A DNA stretch of 64,000 nucleotides from Laetmonice hystrix (Eukaryota): the NCBI GenBank assembly GCA_965235115.1, contig OZ249436.1, positions 47,494,001 to 47,558,000 of the forward strand, given 5' to 3'. The notes under the pieces were generated by a model that ran no database searches, was not told the origin of the DNA, and was given only the letters and a program-made list of their open reading frames with translations. This document shows positions 52,990-63,912 of the stretch, one piece after another. Both the position numbers and the translations under genes were made by a program. Numbering within the stretch: position 1 is the first letter of the stretch; every line of letters begins with the position of its first letter.

Positions 52990-53102
52990 TAAAGCACTGC
53001 CAGAGCCAGTCTCGACGTTGTTCTGGCGATATAATGCACTCGCCTTCGGCTCGTGCATTATTTCGCCATAACAACGTCTCGACTGGCTCTGACAGTGCTT
53101 TA
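52990..53102. mobile_element. 113-nt near-perfect palindrome/hairpin, probable non-autonomous DNA-transposon-type element
   Basis: 50-nt arms pair at 45 of 50 positions; apex TCGCC-TTC-GGCTC. Confidence 0.6.
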
Positions 53103-55315
53103 TCCACTAAATATACGGTATGCCCATTGCTGTACAGTAATGTAATTCATAACTCAATCAGCCATCTTCCACACTACAATTAAGAGGTGCAAATTCCCCG
53201 GGTCAAATTAAAAAAGTAAATTGTATTAAAATGCAATCACATTCTATTATTAATGAGAATTCACTTGATATTAACATGAATCATTTTAATGGGTTAATAA
53301 TACTTTCTGATTTCTGATTTATAAACTGTAATTTTTACAACTCCCTGGAATTTATTTAGCGCTAAAACAGGCTTAATGATCCCTCTTGTGAATATCACTT
53401 CGAAAACCTATTATTAATATTGGCATTCGTTCTCCACATATTTCCACGGGTAAATTGCGCAAGACTTGTGTAATCTTCACAAAACACGCATGGTTAATAT
53501 CTAACATTGGTCCCTCGCGAGTTATACCGTCCTAAAACCCATAAACTGTGCATGTTGTTTTAACGACTCCATCTTATGGGAGAATACGCCCGCCATTCGC
53601 CTTGTTAACGCTGGACGCTAACGTTACGACACGAACACGTCATAGTACCGCGACGTGGCGTCTCCTTCCGCGATGTGTCGCGTGATTTAGTCCCCACTAA
53701 TGTTTGTATACTGCACAACGCCAGTGATCTAATCAACGCTCTCACACAGCAACCTACCCCGGCACGTCGGTCTACATCCGTTATTTGGGGCAGGGGTAAC
53801 ATTTGTACCCTTTTCTAATGCCCTTTAACAACCCGTGGACGATTTAGAGTCGACCATTATCGCCACCTGTCGGGCGCCTTCGGAATCAGGAACGAGGGTG
53901 ATTGTAAAATATACAACCGGCAGTGAACTGGAAACGAAACGGAATACATCAGGGGAATCCTTCCCCGCTACAACAGTTGACCTTTTAAATTTTACGAGTG
54001 CTCCACATGTTATGAGGGTGTTGTGACGAATTCGATGGAAATACCGCTGGGATAACGTTAGAATTTGCAGCATCTATTGTGGCCGCTTACATTTGGTTGT
54101 ACACACGACAGGCACACACGTACACTGCAGGAGTTTGTCTACACAAGTACGTTGTCAGCCTCGCCACCGTTTGTACTCCGACTCCCCGCTAGCTTTGAGA
54201 TTTTGTCAGGGAAACTGTAAACTTACTGCATGGGTAACCAACACTTATCTAATTAAAAGGCGGCATGTGAGAGAACCAATCTTTGTTAATGAAGCAGTAC
54301 AACGTGTAATCTGGTACCAATTTCTTCTGTACTCTTCTTGTTTGTTGACAATTTGTACAACCCTCAAAATAATTATGCATTGGCGTTTGAGTAAAATAGT
54401 CAAACGTCATTTGATCTTCAGTTGCCTTCTACGGGAGAGATTCTCGGGTATGCCCTGTGCACAAAAATAATCCTACTGCCATAAAAAAAATAGTGTCAAA
54501 CTTCACACGATCACAGAAACACAGGGCATACCGCGAACAACCCTTGTAGAACTGTTAAAACAGCAAGCAGTAAAACACACATGTACACAGAAAGACGTCA
54601 GGGATAGAGTTACCTCATGGCGTGATCTCCACCAGGTCGGCCATCATGCAGTGTTAATCAAGGTCACACTAGCAAGGTCATATTTCACAGTTATACCAAC
54701 AGAAACAATACCATGCAAACACACTGGCATTCAACCGATGGTAAACACTACAAGGTTCCAACCGCTGATACTCATACTGAAACCAACTGTTTGATAATTC
54801 TCATCAGGCAATTTGTAACTGATGTCATGCCTCGGGAACATCGCCTCCACATGCTTTGACGTAAACTCAGCAATCTACTTCTGAAATTTAAATATTAGCT
54901 TCTCAAAAACACTGAAAATGATTGAATAAATGACAGGAGGACAAGGTCTAGTTCTAACGGCCTGGCTCAACCCACAGCACCGAGTCACCTTGATGGCTCG
55001 ATCAATATCATTAATCGTTCCAAATATCAGGTCTTTGTCGTCTTGACGGTTTCACCTCACATTCTTATTGATCGTATTGTACCTGGAGGAACTCGATATC
55101 AAAAGATATCGAATTTCTCCTCGGATATACATTTACTTTACAGTCAAACTGACTAGAACCAGATAAAGTGCCTGAAGATTAGCTTTTGCGAGCACCGGCT
55201 AGTCGGACATTTTGAATATTGTGATTTAGGCACTGTTAGGCCTAAAGAAGTACAAGGTGTGGCGGCCGGTGGGCGGAGCCTGAGGGAGGATGTGGTTGCC
55301 ATGCCGACCACGCAC

Positions 55316-55405
55316 CTGGTTGAGGTTCCTTGGGCTGACCATCTGATTGGTTGGTCGAGTCGGGGCTGACCCCGTCTCGTTCCCACTGGCCATCCCTGTA
55401 CATTT
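55316..55405 (-). CDS. Internal coding exon, 90 nt, phase 1-1 (EMYRDGQWERDGVSPDSTNQSDGQPKEPQP)
   Basis: catttacag|AAATGTAC...CAACCAG|gtgcgt; open frame continuing the 56991 exon; not shown in the ORF track. Confidence 0.7.
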
Positions 55406-56019
55406 CTGTAAATGTTATCACAAGATAAACTCACACATTGTACCTCCTTGTGTTCAGGTCTGTTCACCGACAGGCCGATATTCATTTAATTTCATCACTG
55501 AAGCTGAAGGAACACCAAGTAGGCCTACATGTACCCAAGAATAACACCAGAATATGACGGAGTCCATGTCGTCATGAGCCTGCTACAAACCGACATTTTC
55601 TTATACTACTTCATGTGAACACAGGTGCATCATGTCGTTAGCTTGTCGTATCGTTAACTCCAATGTATTTTCAATGGCACGACAGGATAACGAAAGATGA
55701 GAAACGCGACCCTGAATCACTGGTCTGCTTAGACCAGCCAATCAGAATCGTTAAGCTTAAACTTAAGTAAGATCTTAAGATTTTAGGAACCAGGCCCAAG
55801 TTCTATCGCCCTCTCACACGCTTGCTCCATCAAATCCAATGGTTTCGGTCCATTAGATTTAATCAAGTCAAAGGTCATTGCAACATTTTGTTCGTACCTT
55901 ACGTGACAATATGCCTACATAATGAGAAAGGTAGGTCGCGACAATTTGGACTCCTTCCTTATCCTGTTTCACAACTATCGTAATATTAAAAAAATTCAAG
56001 TTAACGACAGGTTATGAAA

Positions 56020-56965
56020 CGCGACCCCCCCCCCCTTTGGTTGTGAAACCCCACAGTTTGAGAGCCCCCCCCCCGGTTGGTATAACCCCCACAGTTTGAG
56101 AACCCCCTCCCTCTGGTCGGTATAACCCCCACAGTTTGAGAACCCCCTCCCTCTGGTCGGTATAACCCTCACAGTCTGAGATTCCCCCTAGTTGGTATAA
56201 CCCCCACAGTTTGAGAACCCCCCCCCCTCTGGTCGGTATAACCCCCACAGTTTAAGAACCCCCCTGGTCGGTATAAACCCCCACAGTTTAAGAACCCCCC
56301 TGGTCGGTATAACCCCCACAGTTTAAGAACCCCCCTGGTCGGTATAAACCCCCAGTTTAAGAACCCCCCTGATCGGTATAACCCCCACAGTTTGAGACCC
56401 CCCCCCCCCTGGTCGGTATAAACCCCCACAGTTTGAGACCCCCCTCTGGTCGGTATAACCCCCACAGTTTGAGACCCCCCTCTGGTCGGTATAAACCCCC
56501 ACAGTTTGAGACCCCCCTCTGGTCAGTATAAACCCCCACAGTTTGAGAACCCCCCTGGTCGGTATAACCCCCACAGTTTGAGAACCCCCTCTGGTCGGTA
56601 TAACCCCAACAGTTTGAGACCGCCCCCTCTGGTCGGTATAAACCCCCACAGTTTGAGACCCCCCCCCCCCTGGTCGGTATAAACCCCCACAGTTTAAGAA
56701 CCCCCCTGGTCGGTATAACCCCCACAGTTTGAGAACCCCCCCCCTGGCCGGTATAACCCCCACAGTTTGAGAACCCCCTCTGGTTGGTATAACCCCCACA
56801 GTTTGAGACCCCTCTGGTCGGTATAAACCCCCACAGTTTAAGACCGCCCCCTCTGGTCGGTATAAACCCCCACAGTTTGAGACCGCCCCCTCTGGTCGGT
56901 ATAAACCCCCACAGTTTAAGGACCCCCCTGGTCGGTATAAACCCCCACAGTTTAAGAACCCCCCC
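56020..56965. repeat. Minisatellite, ~37-42 bp unit with variable C-runs, ~24 copies
   Basis: GGTCGGTATAA(A)CCCCCACAGTTT(G/A)AGAACCCCCCT; begins ~25 nt inside the intron. Confidence 0.96.
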
Positions 56966-56990
56966 GCCCCCGATGTCTGTGAGATCTTAC

Positions 56991-57097
56991 CTTGCTCCTG
57001 TTCCTTACGCATTGTCTCCTCCTCCTGCTGACGCTCGATCTCCTCCCGTACCCGCCGCATCTCCTCCTGCCGCTGCAGTTTACGCACATAATTGTCT
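56991..57097 (-). CDS. Internal coding exon, 107 nt, phase 2-1; charged coiled-coil/single-alpha-helix-like (DNYVRKLQRQEEMRRVREEIERQQEEETMRKEQEQ)
   Basis: cccctttgttgcag|AGACAAT...GAGCAAG|gtaaga; E/R/Q-rich non-repetitive frame. Confidence 0.85.
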
Positions 57098-57599
57098 CTG
57101 CAACAAAGGGGCAAAAGCCATATGTACATACTGGAGCGGTTGGTGCAGTCCTCCAGGGTTGAACGGTGTCCGCACCCGTGGAGATTTCATAATAATAACA
57201 ACGACAAATTAATTCACCTGGAACCACCTGAGCAACAGCGTTCCTGGTTAATCTCCTAACGGATTATCCCCCGCGTCTCTCAAACAGCCGACTTTTTCTC
57301 CCATTATTTTATTCATGAGACAACCAAAGATGTGTTAATACCGCAGAGAAGGATCATCTGTATTCTGTTCACAACAACACCCATTACTAAGCACCACAAA
57401 CCTAATTTCACTTTTGTCACCTAGACCGGAGCCTGGCAGGTCTAATTGTCCTCGTCTTCTAATGGGGCATCTACCACGTTGCTGTGTCTCCCGTGTTTTT
57501 ATGATCTAACTGGTAATAAATTAACCAGGCACTTGATTTATTTCAGATAATGACATCTTTAGACTACTTCACTTCAATTATTACTAAACTGTCCAAGTT

Positions 57600-60010
57600 C
57601 TGTGGCTCTCATTCAGTTGTACTCATTGAGAGGGTCCCTGAACATCCCTTGGACCACAGTTTGCACACTGATGTGGCTCATACCCTCATCCTCATTCTGT
57701 TGTACTCATTGAGAGGGTCCCTGAATGTCCCTTGGACCACAGTTTGCACACTGATGTGGCTCACCCCCTCACTCTGTAGTACTCATTGAGAGGGTCCCTG
57801 GTCGTCCCTTGGACCACAGTTTGCATACTGATGTGGCTCACACCCACACCCTCATTCTGTTGTTCCCATTGAGAGGGTCCCTGATCGTCCCTTGGACCAC
57901 AGTTTGCACACTGATGTGGCTCATACCCTCATCCTCATTCTGTTGTACTCATTGAGAGGGTCCCTGAACGTCCCTTGGACCACAGTTTGCACACTGATGT
58001 GGCTCACACCCACACTCTCATTCTGTTGTTCCCATTGAGAGGGTCCCTGAACGTCCCTTGGACCACATTTTGCACACTGATGTGGCTCACACCCACACCC
58101 TCATTCTGTTGTTCTCATTGAGATGGTCCCTGAACGTCCCTTGGACCACAGTTTGCACACTGATGTGGCTCACACCCACACCCTCATTCTGTTGTACTCA
58201 TTGAGAGGGTCCCTGAACGTCCCTTGGACCACAGTTTGCACACTGATGTGGCTCACACCCACACCCTCATTCTGTTGTATTCATTGAGAGGGTCCCTGAA
58301 CGTCCCTTGGACCACAGTTTGCACACTGATGTGGCTCACACCCACACTCTCATTCTGTTGTACTCATTGAGAGGGTCCCTGAACGTCTCATGGACCACAG
58401 TTTGCACACTGATGTGGCTCACACCCACACTCTCATTCTGTTGTACTCATTGAGAGGGTCCCTGAACGTCTCATGGACCACAGTTTGCACACTGATGTGG
58501 CACAGTTTGCACACTGATGTGGCACAGTTTGCACACTGATGTGGCACAGTTTGCACACTGATGTGGCACAGTTTGCACACTGATGTGGCTCACACCCACA
58601 CCCTCATTCTGTTGTTCTCATTGAGAGGGTCCCTGAACGTCCCTTGGACCACAGTTTGCACACTGATGTGGCTCACACCCACACCCTCATTCTGTTGTTC
58701 TCATTGAGAGGGTCCCTGAACGTCCCTTGGACCACAGTTTGCACACTGATGTGGCTCACACCCACACCCTCATTCTGTTTTACTCATTGAGAGGGTCCCT
58801 GAACGTCCCTTGGAACACAGTTTGCACACTGATGTGGCTCACACCCACACCCTCATTCTGTTGTATTCATTGAGAGGGTCCCTGAACGTCCCTTGGACCA
58901 CAGTTTGCACACTGATGTGGCTCACACCCACACTCTCATTCTGTTGTACTCATTGAGAGGGTCCCTGAACGTCTCATGGACCACAGTTTGCACACTGATG
59001 TGGCTCACACCCACACTCTCATTCTGTTGTACTCATTGAGAGGGTCCCTGAACGTCTCATTGACCACAGTTTGCACACTGATGTGGCACAGTTTGCACAC
59101 TGATGTGGCACAGTTTGCACACTGATGTGGCACAGTTTGCACACTGATGTGGCTCACACCCACACTCTCATTCTGTTGTACTCATTGAGAGGGTCCCTGA
59201 ACGTCCCTTGGACCACAGTTTGCACACTGATGTGGCTCACACCCACACTCTCATTCTGTTGTACTCATTGAGAGGGTCCCTGAACGTCCCCTGGACCACA
59301 GTTTGCACACTGATGTGGCTCACACCCACACCCTCATTCTGTTGTATTCATTGAGAGGGTCCCTGAACGTCCCTTGGACCACAGTTTGCACACTGATGTG
59401 GCTCACACCCACACTCTCATTCTGTTGTACTCATTGAGAGGGTCCCTGAACGTCTCATGGACCACAGTTTGCACACTGATGTGGCACAGTTTGCACACTG
59501 ATGTGGCACAGTTTGCACACTGATGTGGCACAGTTTGCACACTGATGTGGCACAGTTTGCACACTGATGTGGCTCACACCCACTCTCTCATTCTGTTGTA
59601 CTCATTGAGAGGGTCCCTGAACGTCCCTTGGACCACAGTTTGCACACTGATGTGGCTCACACCCACACTCTCATTCTGTTGTACTCATTGAGAGGGTCCC
59701 TGAACGTCCCTTGGACCACAGTTTGCACATTGATGTGTCACAGTTTGCACTCTGATGTGTCAGAGTTTGCACACTGATGTGGCTCACACCCTCATTCTGT
59801 AGTACTCATTGAGAGGGTCCCTGAACGTCTCATGGACCACAGTTTGCACACTGATGTGGCTCACACCCTCATTCTGTTGTTCTCATTGAGAGGGTCCCTG
59901 AACGTCTCATGGACCACAGTTTGCACACTGATGTGTCACAGTTTGCACACTGATGTGGCACAGTTTGCACACTGATGTGGCTCACACCCTCATTCTGTTG
60001 TTTTCATTCT
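57600..60010. repeat. Satellite, ~83 bp unit, with nested 22 bp sub-arrays
   Basis: CTCATTGAGAGGGTCCCTGAACGTCCCTTGGACCACAGTTTGCACACTGATGTGGCTCACACCCACACCCTCATTCTGTTGTA; CACAGTTTGCACACTGATGTGG locally repeated 3-5 times. Confidence 0.97.
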
Positions 60011-60301
60011 CAGCACACACGCCACCATGTCATACAAGCTATTCAGATTTTTTCGGTGGTGTATCTCCTTAGTGTTATTGTGCATTAATGTCATGTGCCC
60101 GGTGCCACTGTATCAGGTATTGGCCTGGAACATTAACACGTGAGCATGTTGCTAAGGTTTCCAGGCCTTCAAAACACATCAATCAAACCATTTGCTAATA
60201 TTGCTACCAAACGAATGTTTGCAGTCTACCGGCGATTTACCCATAATGAAATTATTCCGCCGCGTCCGAGAACCTTTTGGCCGAATGCAAACCTTGTTAC
60301 T

Positions 60302-60388
60302 CTCAACTCTCATACGAATTGTCTATCATTACTTGTGTCAACTCTCATACGAATTGTCTATCATTACTTGTGTCAACTTTCATACGAA
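60302..60388. repeat. 35 bp tandem duplication (~2.4 copies)
   Basis: TCAACTCTCATACGAATTGTCTATCATTACTTGTG. Confidence 0.85.
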
Positions 60389-60897
60389 ATGTCTGTGTCT
60401 GAGGACCCTCGAGACTCGAGCAATCATGTTCAGAATGACAACATGATCGCCTGGCAGTGATCAGACCGATATTATGCCGTTTAATCAGTTCTGGGAGTTG
60501 TCATAGAAACAGTGTCTCCGATCCTAGATCCAACAATAAAGTTAATATTTTGTTGGTAGGCGAAGGGACCATCTGAGTCGAGTCATCTAACCCCACCGGA
60601 GTTTTCTTATAAAGCTTCATTCCTCGTTCATTGAGTCAGTCACATGTAAATAATTTCAAAGGTAATACTGCCCGACGATTGGATGTGGGGATGTAGAACG
60701 TGAGATTGTGATGTCTATCGCATGGTTCATTGCTAACATGCACACAATTCGTGGCCTAATCAGAAACTTTTGACAAGGCTCTGTCATCTGCGCGTCACGC
60801 AATTAAAGGGTGGAAGATGGAAAAAACTACCTCAGAAGCCGGCTCAATGTGTGGATTTTAACTTGAGAAGACATCTGGAAATGTATGTCACGATTAC

Positions 60898-60925
60898 ATG
60901 TCTCCTCTGATTAGCTTCTCTGCTG
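60898..60925 (-). CDS. Candidate 28-nt microexon, phase 1-2 ((T)AEKLIRGD(I))
   Basis: ttgttttgtgtaattgctgcag|CAGCAGAGAAGCTAATCAGAGGAGACAT|gtaatc; tandem NAGNAG acceptors; closes the frame into the 57097 exon; donor weak. Confidence 0.4.
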
Positions 60926-61028
60926 CTGCAGCAATTACACAAAACAAATTACATGTCATTTCCAACATTATGCCTGGGCTCACTAACATCTGCATCAAGG
61001 AGGCAATGTCAGTATTCATCTGTCTTAC

Positions 61029-61047
61029 TCCGACTGGCGTATGTTCC
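61029..61047 (-). CDS. Candidate 19-nt microexon, phase 0-1 (GTYASR)
   Basis: ttgcctccag|GGAACATACGCCAGTCGGA|gtaaga; 103-nt intron to the 28-nt exon. Confidence 0.45.
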
Positions 61048-61483
61048 CTGGAGGCAATTGTGAATACAACACAGAGGTTTCACATACATCAGACGTCCGG
61101 CGATGGGACTGTTCCAGCCGGCCCCGCTCCCATGGCACCCGATTATCCAATTGTTTATTGCTTGTTCGGACATTCATCAACCTTTACAAGGAAAAAATGT
61201 CGGCGTGGGTCTGATATTAGTGTGGACACAGCAAGTGCCTGCTGAGGGTGGTCATCCAGCTTGTGTAATTGTTACTTCAAATAGCCATTCTTCATGTTGG
61301 GTCACCCCCCCCCCCCCTCCATGTCGTGGTGGGAGGGGCGGCATGGTGGTCATATTTACTGTGTCCATGTTGTTGGTGCAGGCTCAGTGGCAGCCACCGA
61401 CCGCTGACAACAGGACACCGATACACGCACACACTTCGGGTGTTGTTATAGAGGCTGGAGACGGACTCCCGCTCCGAGACGGC

Positions 61484-61810
61484 TGTCTCAATGTAGGGCC
61501 GAGCTGTCGCAATGTTCTGAAGGGATGTCTCAATGTAGGGCCGAGATGTTTGAATGTAGGGCAGGGGTGTCTTAAAGGGGGAAACTGTCTCAATATAGGT
61601 CCGAGCTGTCGCAATGTACTGAAGGGATGTCTCAATATAGGGCAGGAGTGTCTCAATGCAGGGGATCTCAATGTAGGGCCGAGATGTTTGAATATAGGAC
61701 AGAGTCGTCTCAATGCGGGGAGCTGTCTCAATGCAGGGCCCCGTCTGTCTCAATGCAGGGGAACTGTCTCAATGCAGGGCCCAGCTGTCTCAATGTAGGG
61801 CAGGGATGTC
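61484..61810. repeat. Degenerate ~20 bp repeat, ~16 copies
   Basis: TGTCTCAATG(T/C)AGGG... recurring. Confidence 0.8.
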
Positions 61811-61852
61811 TGGGCAAGTGTAACACTTCATGTTTATATCGTGTAATCATAC

Positions 61853-61864
61853 CTCATGCAGAAA
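61853..61864 (-). CDS. Candidate 12-nt microexon (FLHE in phase 0, or FCMR in phase 2)
   Basis: ttgctcttcttgcaccttttcgttcattaagcag|TTTCTGCATGAG|gtatga. Confidence 0.5.
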
Positions 61865-63882
61865 CTGCTTAATGAACGAAAAGGTGCAAGAAGAGCAACG
61901 GTCTAACTAATGTGCAACAGTGTTTGAAAGAATGTGACGGTCAGCTTTGAAAATATGTGGAAACGTGAGTTAGCTTATTGTTCTAACTACGAACAACAAC
62001 TAAACTACTGTGCAGGTGAAATATGGCGTTCTTTTTACATTGAAAAGACCCTCACTTTCAGTGCATTTTGTCGTACATTTGAAAGGAGTATGACTGAGAA
62101 AAAAACGTTATTGTTATTCTGGTAGTGCATTCCTGAAATATATTGATTGTCTATTAAAGGCAAGACAGCAAAACGTTATTAATTTCGTCTGAAAAACAAG
62201 ACTATCTTTCACAGTAAATATCGCACGCTGAGGTTACCAGCTGTTCATGTATACCATCAAGCAGATGGTAACTTGTTATTATGTCATGCAGGTCGGTGAC
62301 AGCTGTTACTACGACCTACGGGGGAGTACAGCTGTGACAGGTAGTGTTCCAGCTGCATGGATCCACTAACTGCAGGTGGGAGGAGTTCTACACAGACGGC
62401 TATAGAAGCAGGTACTACGGTTGTGCATCCTACGCTACTAATCATAATCATCAATCAGTAAATGTCACCAGTCAGTAAGACATCAAAAAGTGATTATTTC
62501 TTTAATTATTCACACTGACCGTACTACTTTAAATATACTCTCGTGAAATTAAAATAATTGAAATCTCCGGCTGATAAAAACAGTTGATCAGTAATGGTTT
62601 TTAATGAAATGGCCAACGTTTTCACTGAACAAAATTCGTCACAACTTCACAATGGTATTTCAAAATAACTAAATACGTCATTCTGTATTTACTTAAAAAC
62701 AGCAATAGAAAAGGAGACTCCTGCACTAGTATAGTATGTTGGGCACAAACCATTTGTACTGGGCTGCCGAGCAAAAACGGGCTTTTGGTATTGCGGCCCA
62801 CACAAAACTGTATTTGGCAGCGCTAAAACCCGTTATAACGCCACTGTAAATGTGCACCTGTCATTCGAAACGTGCACTCATCAAGCAGTGTAAAAAGTAT
62901 GGTGAGGTTAAAAATAACAGTGTAATACTGGATCGGAAACAAGACCTCGATATCAAGTCAATATGTGTAACTTTACACTTTCCATCTCCTAGCCGGTCGC
63001 CCTTTCTGACAATGTCTGAAAGCCAAGTCCGGCGTACTTCCTCCATATGATGACAATAATCAGACCGTTAACGTCGGAAGGAACTATACAGAGTAGAAGG
63101 CTGACGGCCACCGAGTGGAGAAAACGACCAGAAACCCACGGACGGGCACAATCATCAATGCCACATTAGTCACAGCAAAATTAATCGAATCTAAACAAGA
63201 CTTTATCAAAGACAAATCTTTTAGCAATTTGTACCGTGTCGTCGATTGTGTTCTTACTTTTAGCTGGGGATTGTTTTTGTCACAGACTTGTCGGTCTGGG
63301 TTTTGACGTGGCTGTAATTTAGTGCAAGCTACCGATGACTGATGCTGTAAAGATTGGACGGATGAGGTCTACGCTTGACGTTGGACTTTGCGATCTGTAG
63401 ACTGATGACGATATTATACACAGCACGGACAGGACAAGATTTGACTAGCAGCCATTAAAACCCGCTCCATGGTCTGCCTAACACACATTCCTTCATATTG
63501 TAAGCCGAGGACGGCGCCTTAAATCGCTATGTCACATAGACGAGTTGTAATGATAAAGAGCATCAAGATCTGATCTGGAAACGAAAGTCATACTGACGGC
63601 TTCATTTCCTTATCGTGTCAAAAACACGTGTTCATGTGTTGTAATTTTGTCTTCAACTTATACAAATTTAAATAAACCAAAAATAACATAAAACAATAGA
63701 CGTTTATTAGCATACATAAAGACTTCCCATCAGAAAGATCAATCGACACTTGTTCTGAAGAATCGTTACATAAATGCAATGAAATAGGATGTGCTTATTG
63801 TACAAGAGAAAGGTCCTAAAAGAACGTAACAATATAATAACGAAATTTTGTTAAATGAAATAAAAAGAAGTGCTCTGTGATT

Positions 63883-63912
63883 TCAGAGACTGCTCCTTCT
63901 CCTTCTATGTCT
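63883..63912 (-). CDS. Candidate short alternative terminal exon (RHRRRRSSL* in phase 0)
   Basis: tttgttcttctctctgcacatag|AGACATAGAAGGAGAAGGAGCAGTCTCTGA; the upstream exon is outside the window so phase is unverified. Confidence 0.3.
   Translation of the reverse strand, partial: RHRRRRSSL

Noticed and set aside
56323..56990. Gly-rich extension of the 268-aa minus-strand ORF
   Set aside because: Lies beyond the GTAAGA donor and is the ~40-bp minisatellite.
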